Positions 9,825 to 18,790 of a DNA stretch of 64,000 nt are shown piece by piece. The number at the start of each line of letters is the position of its first letter. The first letter of the stretch is position 1. The stretch lies in the IMG/VR virus record IMGVR_UViG_3300027708_000013. One strand, 5' to 3'. The notes beneath the pieces were generated by a model. That model saw only the letters and a program-made list of their open reading frames with translations. It did not search any database and was not told where the DNA came from. The translations under genes and the position numbers were made by a program. The stretch comes from a virus (Duplodnaviria; Caudoviricetes).

Positions 9825-10481
9825 TTACTGCTGGTTGACTTCTTTTATATAATTCAAAACTGTAAATCTTGCGTCGCTGTAGTGCGGATCTCGACGATGA
9901 CTTTTTACACGGGCAGTGATTTTCACAGGGGCATTGAATCTGTGTTTGTTCCAAAAACTTATCAAGTTGCCTGCACCATCGTGTCCCACATGCACAAACA
10001 TGTTGTAATTTTTTACGTAAGAACAACTCAAGGGCTCAAAATCAACAGATACTTTTTTGCCCATGACACCGATAAAGGTGCTGTTGGCACTCTTGGACAG
10101 TACTGTTTCTCGTGTGACATCGGCTCGTACAGTGTCGTGATACAATTTTGGTGCCCAGGCCAACAATCCAAAACTGTCGCTGGAGACAGAATCCTTGGTT
10201 ATTAGCTCAACCACTTCTCTGAGAAATCCACCCGAGTCTCTACCAGCCAAGGCGTTCATCATCACACGTTGCATCAAGCTGTTGACAATTTCATCAGCGT
10301 GATCTTGTAATTCTGAATCAGAAAATCCCTGCATGGCAGTGCCAGTGAAGTGTTGATAGATCAATTGTTTGTTGTTGCTACACCCATTGCGAATGATAGA
10401 TTGATTGTTTATACGAAAAGCCATGATTGCGGCTTTTACAGCATCTTGAGTTGCTACTTTGATTTTTGGTATTTTTGCCAT
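9825..10481 (-). CDS. Hypothetical protein
   Basis: 218 aa ORF downstream of a sigma70 promoter. Confidence 0.6.
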   Translation of the reverse strand: MAKIPKIKVATQDAVKAAIMAFRINNQSIIRNGCSNNKQLIYQHFTGTAMQGFSDSELQDHADEIVNSLMQRVMMNALAGRDSGGFLREVVELITKDSVSSDSFGLLAWAPKLYHDTVRADVTRETVLSKSANSTFIGVMGKKVSVDFEPLSCSYVKNYNMFVHVGHDGAGNLISFWNKHRFNAPVKITARVKSHRRDPHYSDARFTVLNYIKEVNQQ

Positions 10482-10510
10482 TTTTCACTCACAGTGTTTA
10501 CTATGTTACT

Positions 10511-10539
10511 ATTATAGCAAAAAGTGAATTTCTGGTCAA
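10511..10539 (-). promoter_or_regulatory. sigma70-type early promoter
   Basis: TTGACC-17-TATAAT. Confidence 0.75.
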
Positions 10540-10781
10540 CCGCGACCCCGAGCATTGATTGATTGGTGTAGGGCTTGTAAGTACTGGGTTTGACGTATCA
10601 TCTTACCTTCTAAATCCTCTAAACGACTGGCAAGTTGACGGTTTTGCTCCTGTAACTGCTCTATGGTTGTTTGTGTTTCTCTAATGGTTTTATCGTGGCT
10701 CAACAAGTTTGGACGTGGTGGTGCATCAGGGTCCACTGCACGTTTTTTCTTGGCCTGCATACTTTTAAAAAATGGTGTCAT
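10536..10781 (-). CDS. Small coiled-coil hypothetical protein
   Basis: Likely start MTPFFKSM at 10781, 4 nt after TAAATA. Confidence 0.55.
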   Translation of the reverse strand: MTPFFKSMQAKKKRAVDPDAPPRPNLLSHDKTIRETQTTIEQLQEQNRQLASRLEDLEGKMIRQTQYLQALHQSINARGRG

Positions 10782-10788
10782 GTTGTAT

Positions 10789-11160
10789 TTATTCAGCAGG
10801 TTGAACAGTTTTACTGTCCTCTTCCGCCTGCATTGCATCCAACATGCTATTAAAATATTCAAGATCTAACTTACTCATCACTGCTGTGATATATTGATGA
10901 TATCCTTTGAAAAAATATTTAAATTTATCATCAAATGTTTCAGCCGGAACCGAACGATCTTTTAACACTGTTTTAGCACTGAGATTTAAAACAATACTGC
11001 TACTGGTGACAGCATCATGTTTTAAACCACGGGTAATTTCCACACGTTCATCGTAGTAGAAATTCTTGGGATCTTTTTGCCAGCCGGCCCGTTGTGTTTG
11101 TACTCCCGGGCGTGGTTTTGCATAATGAAATGCCACTAGATAAATTTCTTTGTTTTTCAT
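10789..11160 (-). CDS. Hypothetical protein
   Basis: 123 aa ORF coupled to the clamp loader stop. Confidence 0.6.
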   Translation of the reverse strand: MKNKEIYLVAFHYAKPRPGVQTQRAGWQKDPKNFYYDERVEITRGLKHDAVTSSSIVLNLSAKTVLKDRSVPAETFDDKFKYFFKGYHQYITAVMSKLDLEYFNSMLDAMQAEEDSKTVQPAE

Positions 11161-12086
11161 TATTGTCCTATTTGTGTTAATTCGCAGAGTGTGGCGCTCA
11201 AATTGATTTCCGGGTCTGCCACTTGACTGTGACTTACTAGACCTTTTCTAATTATTAATATGGCTTCGTCTTGCCCTTCGGGAGTTGAGCTCCAAATTCC
11301 AAGGTTGTCGTACATCCATCTGAACACAGCATCCATGTCATCCACAGAAGCTTGACCGCAAATCAATGTTCTTGCCTCACGAATCCTGCCGGCTCGGAAC
11401 ATGCTCACAGCATCCAATTTCCAGTCGTTAACACTGGTGTCATTTTCACCAGGAGCAATCAAAGTACCTTTGAAGGAGTTGCTCTGTAACAATTTTAAAC
11501 AACTACGCAGGTCAGGATAGGTGGCTTTGACATAAAGATCCAGAGTATCTAAATCAAATTCTATATTTTCTTTAACTAACACAGTTGCGGCACGGGCAGT
11601 AAATTCTGTTAAATCGGTTTTGTCAATGTGGAATCTCAAAAAGCGACTGTGTAGTGCCGGCATGATCTTGTTTGGATAATTACACGTTGCAATAAACCTC
11701 ACCGACTGGCTGTAGTCTTCCATTAGGTTACGCAAGGCTGGTTGTACACTTTGTATGTTCATTTGATCTGCCTCGTCGATCAGGACAACTTTAAAATCAC
11801 CGTATGGCATGGTTTGGCAGAAGTTAATTAACCGGTCAATCCATTCAATTTTACGTGCTTCCTTACTACCATTGGCATACATGATGTCATACTCATCGAC
11901 CGCCAACTCATGTATCAACATTTTGGCCAATGTTGTTTTACCTGTGCCCGGTGATCCACTCAACATCAAATGCGGAATACTTTTGTCTCGAACCCAACTT
12001 TCAACCTGTTCACGTTGATATTCATTTGTAAACACATATCCATCCAGTGTGTTTGGCCTAAATTTTTCTACCCATAGTTCTTTCAT
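11160..12086 (-). CDS. Sliding clamp loader ATPase subunit (RFC small subunit / T4 gp44-like)
   Basis: LWVEKFRP, GSPGTGKT, VVLIDEAD, ALRNLME, SRF arginine-finger region. Confidence 0.92.
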   Translation of the reverse strand: MKELWVEKFRPNTLDGYVFTNEYQREQVESWVRDKSIPHLMLSGSPGTGKTTLAKMLIHELAVDEYDIMYANGSKEARKIEWIDRLINFCQTMPYGDFKVVLIDEADQMNIQSVQPALRNLMEDYSQSVRFIATCNYPNKIMPALHSRFLRFHIDKTDLTEFTARAATVLVKENIEFDLDTLDLYVKATYPDLRSCLKLLQSNSFKGTLIAPGENDTSVNDWKLDAVSMFRAGRIREARTLICGQASVDDMDAVFRWMYDNLGIWSSTPEGQDEAILIIRKGLVSHSQVADPEINLSATLCELTQIGQ

Positions 12087-12265
12087 GCTAGATCCTTAAA
12101 CATTGTCTTACGTCCCGCTTCACCTATGTGAAGATCAAATACTTCTTTTACTCGTTGCATCATGGCACAGGCCATCATGAGTTGTTCGTTTCTGTCATCG
12201 CACATCAACAGTTGTTGATCCACTGGCTCCATCAATTCTGCCATTCTTCGTTCTATTCGACTCAT
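12083..12265 (-). CDS. Small hypothetical protein
   Basis: 60 aa ORF with RBS, coupled to the clamp loader start. Confidence 0.55.
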   Translation of the reverse strand: MSRIERRMAELMEPVDQQLLMCDDRNEQLMMACAMMQRVKEVFDLHIGEAGRKTMFKDLA

Positions 12266-12363
12266 TTCTCACTCGCTTTCTTTACCTACTAGAATAAACA
12301 ATCATTAAAATAGCTATCAAGATTAAAAACTCACCAATAGTCATTTCTCACTCGCTTTCTTTA
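12262..12363. repeat. 23 bp direct repeat
   Basis: tcatttctcactcgctttcttta at 12262-12284 and 12341-12363. Confidence 0.9.
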
Positions 12364-12435
12364 TCACTGCTTCTGTCAATATTTCGGAAATTATAATATC
12401 AAATATTTCAAATGCTTGTTGTAACAGTTGATCAA

Positions 12436-12603
12436 TCATTTCAATCCTCTCCATCCCAATAAAAATGCTGCTGTGGTTAATTCTCGTAATCTTGGACTAC
12501 GTCTAAACTCAATCCAAAGATCTAAATAAACTGCAGGAAAATACGCAATCCAGATCAACTGCCTCAACCAGTCCGGCTTGAGTCTTGCTAGGTATGCTGT
12601 CAT
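12436..12603 (-). CDS. Small hypothetical membrane-associated protein
   Basis: MTAYLARL... 55 aa, overlapping start/stop with neighbours. Confidence 0.5.
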   Translation of the reverse strand: MTAYLARLKPDWLRQLIWIAYFPAVYLDLWIEFRRSPRLRELTTAAFLLGWRGLK

Positions 12604-12776
12604 AACAGTTTCTTGATTGCTTGAACAAGATTGTAAAAGCGACTCCTGTACGAGTCCGCCAGTGTTTGCTCTAGAAATGATTTGCCATGCGGGCAACGTC
12701 CCTGTCGCCATGTGCAGTTATTGTGTACAGTTTCACCGCAATAAACACATTTTACTTGTGTTTGAGTCGTTGCCAT
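12600..12776 (-). CDS. Small Cys/His-rich protein
   Basis: CVYC...HNNC...CPH motif. Confidence 0.5.
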   Translation of the reverse strand: MATTQTQVKCVYCGETVHNNCTWRQGRCPHGKSFLEQTLADSYRSRFYNLVQAIKKLL

Positions 12777-12976
12777 ATTCGATCCGCTTCCCATTGTTCT
12801 TCTCCGCTAAATTTTGGTAGACTATTATATTCGTCTTCTAACCAACATTTTAACAGATATAAATCTCGTTTGCAACTGGAACTGGTGAAACCGTCGTTGT
12901 AGGGACTGGTGATTTCGCCCAAACTTTTCATTATGGCCACACGAGCAACATGTAGATTGGGCTGTTGAAATCCCAT
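12752..12976 (-). CDS. Hypothetical protein
   Basis: 74 aa ORF coupled to the groES stop. Confidence 0.55.
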   Translation of the reverse strand: MGFQQPNLHVARVAIMKSLGEITSPYNDGFTSSSCKRDLYLLKCWLEDEYNSLPKFSGEEQWEADRIWQRLKHK

Positions 12977-13359
12977 TAGTCTCGGAATTTTTGTTGCGAT
13001 TGCACTGCTGTGGAGATTGTGTCATCGGCTGGGGGTTCTTCATCTGACACAAATATAATATCCTTGGGATCAACACGTCGTATAGTGATTTCTTCATCCG
13101 CAATAGAAATTTTTGAACCACGTGTCCAACGACCGTGTTCGACTAGAACCCATTGTCCTGGCGCTACATCTACTTGATCTGGACCCACACGAAATACCTG
13201 TGCCCAACGTGGACGAATTCCTGCTGTTCGACTGTCGTCGCCCAGTAATACAATTCCACTACTGAGTGTGCGACCTGAAAAGTTCATGTCTCTAACTATC
13301 ACTGTGTCCTTGATGGCAGTGATATCCGTTACTGGGGTACTTTCAAATGTTGATGGCAT
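12976..13359 (-). CDS. groES: GroES/Cpn10-like co-chaperonin
   Basis: AIKDTVIV, mobile loop TLSSGIVL, VFRVGP, GQWVLV. Confidence 0.8.
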   Translation of the reverse strand: MPSTFESTPVTDITAIKDTVIVRDMNFSGRTLSSGIVLLGDDSRTAGIRPRWAQVFRVGPDQVDVAPGQWVLVEHGRWTRGSKISIADEEITIRRVDPKDIIFVSDEEPPADDTISTAVQSQQKFRD

Positions 13360-13368
13360 GTGTTTCCT

Positions 13369-13842
13369 TTAGATGCGTTGAGGGCCTTTTGGGGCTGTGG
13401 GTCTTGGATCAAGTAATTCTTGAGTCACTGTTACTGATTTGGCAATTGAATCAGCCAAACTTCCACGTAACTGTGGTTCTGCATGCGGGTCTGTTACAGA
13501 CTCCGCTGGCGGGTCAAACGACACTCCATTGGGATCTACCTCGGGAATCGCTGGAGCTGGATTCTGTTGTTGTGGTACAGCCTGTCCTTGAGCCGATGGC
13601 ACACCCTGTCGTGCCTGTGCTTGCTCGGTGTGAAACGCTCGTTGATCGTGTGATCTGTTGTTGATTTGATACTGTTGATCCATTGCCTGATTGCGTCCGC
13701 GAACCACAGCACCACCGGATCCCAATTGATCCCCCGCGGCGTTGACTCTCATATTACCAATGGCAATGGTTTTTTCGTTGACCAAACGGATACTGTCCAT
13801 ATCTATGGCCTTGCCTTGTGTTGTTTTGTATATTCTACCCAT
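13369..13842 (-). CDS. Hypothetical late protein
   Basis: 157 aa ORF with AGGAG RBS, downstream of TATAAATA. Confidence 0.6.
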   Translation of the reverse strand: MGRIYKTTQGKAIDMDSIRLVNEKTIAIGNMRVNAAGDQLGSGGAVVRGRNQAMDQQYQINNRSHDQRAFHTEQAQARQGVPSAQGQAVPQQQNPAPAIPEVDPNGVSFDPPAESVTDPHAEPQLRGSLADSIAKSVTVTQELLDPRPTAPKGPQRI

Positions 13843-13884
13843 GATTGACTCCTGTCTTGTAGTGATATTTATAAGCTGCTGTTG

Positions 13885-14403
13885 CTATTTTAAAAATTCT
13901 CGAATATCTAAATCGTAATACATGCTATTGATTCTGTGTACACCCATGAGATACAGCACATATGATGCCACACTGGACCCACGACCCAGGCCCCATAATA
14001 CTGAATTCTTTCGCATGACATCTACAAAATATTTTAAGTATCTCAGTAGGTCAAATAAATCACGCTCTTGAAATAATATTAATTCTTCGCCCACACGTTG
14101 CAACTCTGCCTGTGTTGAACATAAATTTAAAACATATTCTGCTATGTCTAACTTTTTATATTCTTCGGGCATGAGCCAACAGCTCTGTCGTGATTGATGG
14201 AACATATCAACATCATAGTTATCGGGATACGGATGATATTCCTGTACCTGCGGTAACTCACTATAGGTTGTTGTAACTGCTGTGTTGTATTGTACATAAT
14301 CCTCAACAGAAAACTTACTCAAATCCAAATTGGGATTTTGATACAACAACTCACAAAGTTCGTCCTCTGTGGTATACGCTTGCCCAAATTTATCGTAGTT
14401 CAT
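13885..14403 (-). CDS. Stand-alone fragment homologous to DNA polymerase III alpha (DnaE) palm-proximal region
   Basis: ELQRVGEELILF...LRYLKYFVD...LWGLGRGSSVASYVLYLMGVHRIN resembles DnaE GxGRGS; ends before the PDxDxD catalytic motif. Confidence 0.75.
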   Translation of the reverse strand: MNYDKFGQAYTTEDELCELLYQNPNLDLSKFSVEDYVQYNTAVTTTYSELPQVQEYHPYPDNYDVDMFHQSRQSCWLMPEEYKKLDIAEYVLNLCSTQAELQRVGEELILFQERDLFDLLRYLKYFVDVMRKNSVLWGLGRGSSVASYVLYLMGVHRINSMYYDLDIREFLK

Positions 14404-14642
14404 TGTATGTCAATGATACCTTTGAGTCCAGCGTCGTTGACCTTTTTATTCATTTCGTCCATGATCTTACGATTTCTATAACTGATCTCGGTTTGATAAT
14501 CCGCAAGTAACATTTGTATCTGTGGAATGGCACTGACCGGGCCCGATCGATAACACTGACCCAGTCGTTTTTGCAAGTCAGCAAACTTTTGATTCAGTTC
14601 TTCGTCTTTTAAACTGCTTAAATTTTGTGTCAATGGATGCAT
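14400..14642 (-). CDS. Hypothetical helical protein
   Basis: 80 aa ORF downstream of the promoter at 14667-14695. Confidence 0.6.
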   Translation of the reverse strand: MHPLTQNLSSLKDEELNQKFADLQKRLGQCYRSGPVSAIPQIQMLLADYQTEISYRNRKIMDEMNKKVNDAGLKGIIDIQ

Positions 14643-14666
14643 AAAAGAAAACTCCTGATTTTATAT

Positions 14667-14695
14667 AGTGTATACTATTTTCCACCAGGAGTCAA
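14667..14695 (-). promoter_or_regulatory. sigma70-type promoter
   Basis: TTGACT-17-TACACT. Confidence 0.6.
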
Positions 14696-14711
14696 TGATT
14701 TTATTGATTGA

Positions 14712-15929
14712 TTAGAACGTGGACAGTGTGACTTTTTTCCAATTTCCTGATGCAATACAAATATACATACTGGTTCCATCAAAACTAAATTGTCCAGCTA
14801 CTCCGCCCACAGTGGTAGAACTTGAGGGAACAAATGTATTACTGGTAATCAAGTTACCATATAGTTTGGTACTTTGGTCGTTTTCTATGCCCACTGCTTG
14901 GCGTACAAAACTTACAGCATCTGTGCCACCGTCTCTTGCAGTGAGAAAAGCAATATTGCCGCCCAAACCATAAGTTACATTGGAACCAGTTGCGTAAAAT
15001 GCTATAGAACTCACTTGCTGGAATACGTTGCCAGATCCGTTACCAGTAAATGTCACAGCATTGTGGAAACCTAAATAGTCATTGCTGTTGGCCGGAAGGA
15101 TGCTGGGAGTTTGTAAATTCCCTCTACTACTTGTAACAGTATAACCAGACAAGTAACCTGTGTCAATTTTGGAATTGGTTAAATTGGCCAAAGTCAAGTT
15201 GCCCACAGCACTGGTGTTAATAGTTCCTGCGGCAGTAATAATACTTTGTCCAGAATCGTATGCAATGGCAGTGGTGATAGCTGGGCCATATCCTACAAAT
15301 ACAGTGTTGGCCACTGTGTCGTTAAAGTATAAATTTTTGTCACGGATCGAAGCATAGTTGCGATTGCGTTCTGCAATCATTACAGTGACGCCAGCATCTG
15401 TGGTAATAAATTCTAACAGATAATTGCCCGCAGTGTCAAAAGTAATGACGCCGGTGTTGGCATCAGCACCAGCAATGTCAGTTAAGTTAGTATAGGTTGT
15501 GCCCACAGTTACAGTGTGTGCAACATTGGTTATGTTTAACCAAACCACCATACTGCCCAATGTACCTGTTGCAGGCCAATTACTAAAGCCCAGTGTCAAT
15601 GACCCTCCACTGACAATCTTTTGAAAGTTTCCGGTACTAAAGTCCAGTGTAACTGCTCCACTTAATGTACCGCGATTGTTAAATGTGTAGCTGGCACCTG
15701 TCAGTGCCAAGCCAGCAATGGCCGCACCGCCCATGCTGTTGTTTAAAGCCTGTCCAGTCAATGCCGATTTTAGTAAAACTTTAGATTGCAAGTCACTGAT
15801 TTCTGTGTATGCTGTGCTAAAATTAGTACTAGTATTGGTAAAATTGTCTCTGAAACCTTGACTGTCGTTGTCTTGTCCGGCCACAGGGTATGTGCCGTCA
15901 ATGTTAAAAGGATTAATGTTTGATGCCAT
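14712..15929 (-). CDS. Virion structural protein (tail/baseplate-associated)
   Basis: N-terminal YPVAGQDNDSQGFRDNF, Thr/Gly/Asn-rich beta structure, fibre-like C-terminus; within the structural block. Confidence 0.65.
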   Translation of the reverse strand: MASNINPFNIDGTYPVAGQDNDSQGFRDNFTNTSTNFSTAYTEISDLQSKVLLKSALTGQALNNSMGGAAIAGLALTGASYTFNNRGTLSGAVTLDFSTGNFQKIVSGGSLTLGFSNWPATGTLGSMVVWLNITNVAHTVTVGTTYTNLTDIAGADANTGVITFDTAGNYLLEFITTDAGVTVMIAERNRNYASIRDKNLYFNDTVANTVFVGYGPAITTAIAYDSGQSIITAAGTINTSAVGNLTLANLTNSKIDTGYLSGYTVTSSRGNLQTPSILPANSNDYLGFHNAVTFTGNGSGNVFQQVSSIAFYATGSNVTYGLGGNIAFLTARDGGTDAVSFVRQAVGIENDQSTKLYGNLITSNTFVPSSSTTVGGVAGQFSFDGTSMYICIASGNWKKVTLSTF

Positions 15930-15986
15930 TGTGTGAATGCTCCAGTATTAGTTTTATTTAGCTTGTTTTACAAGGGTGTTGCATAT

Positions 15987-18782
15987 TTATTGCAATATTG
16001 TGGTTTTGGGAAATTTTAAATAACTGTCGCCGGTTTCGGGGTCGGCATAACTGTCGCGTCGAGCAATAAATTTAGTATAACTCTTGTCAAACACAGTGGG
16101 CGATGCAATTCCATTATTAACAGCACTGTAAGATGGAACTCCAGTGCCTGGCTTTAAAGTGGGATCATACAACACAATACTGCTGGCATGAGTTGACCCT
16201 AAATTTACCTGTATTTTTTGTCCCAATTCAACAGTGTTTACAAAAGTTAAAGTTATGATATCAGTGGCAGAATCGATGTTGATTCGCCAAATGCCAGCTC
16301 GTTGATTTGGTACACTGGAATTATAAGTATGTTCCAGATAGCCGGTTACCAATGATCCGTTGGCATACAACCATCCATCGTTGGCTGTTGCTGGGACAAA
16401 ATTTTCTTGTTGGAAGAAAATCATACTTTGTCCATCTAAGATTCTTACGACTCCATCAAGGCCGCCCAAGGCCTGTACTGACGCTAGGGTACTGTTGTTT
16501 ATTTTATTAAACGGTATTCCCGACACAGCGTAGTCCACTGTGCCAGCTGTTGTGCCCACTCTTCGTATGGTATCAAATGTAGTATTCTTTATACTGAATG
16601 TTATTCCGTAATAAACATCATTGGCAATGTCAAAGTTTTTACTTAACAAGTTATCCAGGTCATATCTATCAGCTACAAAATTAATACTGTTAAATGTTAT
16701 GCCATTGGCCCGTAGTCTATAAGCAATTAAATCACTGGCTCCGGGCACAGTGTAGGCCAGCACTATGGCATTGGTAAATCCCAATACCTTCTGGTCGGCC
16801 TGCGGACTGGTCATCCACGCAGGCAAAGCTCCTTGATGTGAATACCCTAGGTTGCTGGATACAGCTGATTGCATGTTTTTAAAGCTGTTGGGATACACGT
16901 TGCCAGAAAAATTAGTGTAGTTTAAATAGGCAACATCGGCGGGACTGGCACCATTGTAAGTATTGAGATCTATCAATGGTACATAAACCACTTCGTACTT
17001 GACATTGAAATTTGCATCTACAGCTCTAGCAGTACGCACATCTCCAAACTCAATACGTTTGTTAAAGTGATTGGTTCCCATGGCTGTTATGTATTCTGAC
17101 AGAGTACTGGGAGATATGCCGGCCAATGCCAACGATCTGATATCACTGGCACGACCAAACCATGGATCCTGCGATCTATAAATTAAATTATCCGGGAATA
17201 TGTTTTTATTATTAACCACACTCAAGAATGTATTGCGTTGATCCAAGGTAGGCAATGCTTTTAAATATAAATTTTCGTAAGGTTTTTTATTGTAGTTGTT
17301 TAATCTAACTGTAAATGTTTGAGTACTGCTAACAGTGCCATCTGTGGCGGAGGCCAGCACTGTGAATGTACAGGTGTTGTCAAATGTTGTAGTGACACCG
17401 TCAACCGTGGTAGCACCGGCATCTAACGAAAAATATTCAAAAGTGGTTCTACCTGATATCAATCCTGTTGATAATAATTTTAAACCCTGAGGTAAACGAC
17501 TGATAGCTGTGTCATCTGTTACTCCATAATTTCTAATAGTTCTTAAACTATACGGAGCCAAGCTGTATACTAATTTTTTGCCCAAGGAACTAACAGCCGA
17601 AACTGCCAGTTCACTAACAGCACCATTGTCAATGACGCCAAGATCCTGGGCTGTGGTCCAAGTTATATTATTTGTTACATCACCCAACACAGTTAAACTA
17701 TATGATATCAAGGCACTGGCATAAGAGGAATTAGAGGCCTTGTAAGCAGACACACTAAATTGATACGTTAAGGAATTTTCAGTCTGTACAGGTATAGAAC
17801 CCGACAACCAACCAGTTAAACTATCCATGATTAATCCTGGTGGCAGACTTAAAGATTGTTGATCAAATCCCGTAGAATCAAATGCCGCCACTGTGGGCAC
17901 ATCTTGATCAAAACTGCTGGTGCCTTGTGTGGTTAATAAAAATAAAATATCATCGCCATTGGCATCAAATGCCGAAAACTGGAATGCAAATTTACTATTA
18001 GATCTAGTGCTGGGTAAAGCTCCAGGAGTAGTAAGCACAACCGGATTATAAATGTTATCGTGATCAATGGTGAGATATCCGTCACTGACAAAATCTAAAT
18101 CATCATCGGCTGTCCAACTGCCTTTGGCAGTGACTCGAAACAAGTAGGAAAAACTGTCATAGTTGGATCCATCAAATACTGTAACTGTGAATTCATAATT
18201 TTGATTGCTGTATACGGGTGCATTGTTATACCCAAATTCATTATACGGTGCATTGCTGTAGCCCAACAATCCAGCGTCACCTGACACAGGAATAGGATAT
18301 ATGTAACCTGATATTAATCCCGAACTGGACAAGCTCAACCCAACGGGTAATGCACCATTGGTCAAGGTCCACGTCAGCGGAGCAGAGGGATTAACTCTAG
18401 TGGCATTTAATTGTATTCCTGACACCAAGGTACCATCAAAATAATCACCAAGATAAGTGGTTCTTGGAATAATCTGTGGCGGCACAACATTGCTGACCGT
18501 CATGTTAAAGGTTCTGTCAGCAACTCGATTTTGTGTGTTTTTAGCACGTACAGTGAATTCATAACTGCGATTCTGTGGCCCGGTGGCATTGACTATCACC
18601 GGCACACCTTGCAGTAGTCCCCCACTGGTAACTCGCATTCCAGGTGGAGTTTGCCCAGATATTAAAGTGTAAGCAATGGCAGACCCGCCTGGATCAGTGG
18701 CACTGAGCACAAATTCAGTGAAGTTGTTTTCAGGAACTATTCCTAAACTTCCTGCTGAGGTATTCCAAACGGGATATGCCAT
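15987..18782 (-). CDS. Baseplate wedge-like protein with repeated Ig/cadherin-like domains
   Basis: Repeated LPxGL.LSS.GLISG / Y.FTV motifs; 931 aa. Confidence 0.7.
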   Translation of the reverse strand: MAYPVWNTSAGSLGIVPENNFTEFVLSATDPGGSAIAYTLISGQTPPGMRVTSGGLLQGVPVIVNATGPQNRSYEFTVRAKNTQNRVADRTFNMTVSNVVPPQIIPRTTYLGDYFDGTLVSGIQLNATRVNPSAPLTWTLTNGALPVGLSLSSSGLISGYIYPIPVSGDAGLLGYSNAPYNEFGYNNAPVYSNQNYEFTVTVFDGSNYDSFSYLFRVTAKGSWTADDDLDFVSDGYLTIDHDNIYNPVVLTTPGALPSTRSNSKFAFQFSAFDANGDDILFLLTTQGTSSFDQDVPTVAAFDSTGFDQQSLSLPPGLIMDSLTGWLSGSIPVQTENSLTYQFSVSAYKASNSSYASALISYSLTVLGDVTNNITWTTAQDLGVIDNGAVSELAVSAVSSLGKKLVYSLAPYSLRTIRNYGVTDDTAISRLPQGLKLLSTGLISGRTTFEYFSLDAGATTVDGVTTTFDNTCTFTVLASATDGTVSSTQTFTVRLNNYNKKPYENLYLKALPTLDQRNTFLSVVNNKNIFPDNLIYRSQDPWFGRASDIRSLALAGISPSTLSEYITAMGTNHFNKRIEFGDVRTARAVDANFNVKYEVVYVPLIDLNTYNGASPADVAYLNYTNFSGNVYPNSFKNMQSAVSSNLGYSHQGALPAWMTSPQADQKVLGFTNAIVLAYTVPGASDLIAYRLRANGITFNSINFVADRYDLDNLLSKNFDIANDVYYGITFSIKNTTFDTIRRVGTTAGTVDYAVSGIPFNKINNSTLASVQALGGLDGVVRILDGQSMIFFQQENFVPATANDGWLYANGSLVTGYLEHTYNSSVPNQRAGIWRINIDSATDIITLTFVNTVELGQKIQVNLGSTHASSIVLYDPTLKPGTGVPSYSAVNNGIASPTVFDKSYTKFIARRDSYADPETGDSYLKFPKTTILQ

Positions 18783-18790
18783 TGTGGGCC

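Noticed and set aside
13885-14403. Split intein in the DnaE-like fragment
   Set aside because: No intein N-terminal Cys/Ser block or other intein motif follows the extein-like sequence; the ORF simply ends.
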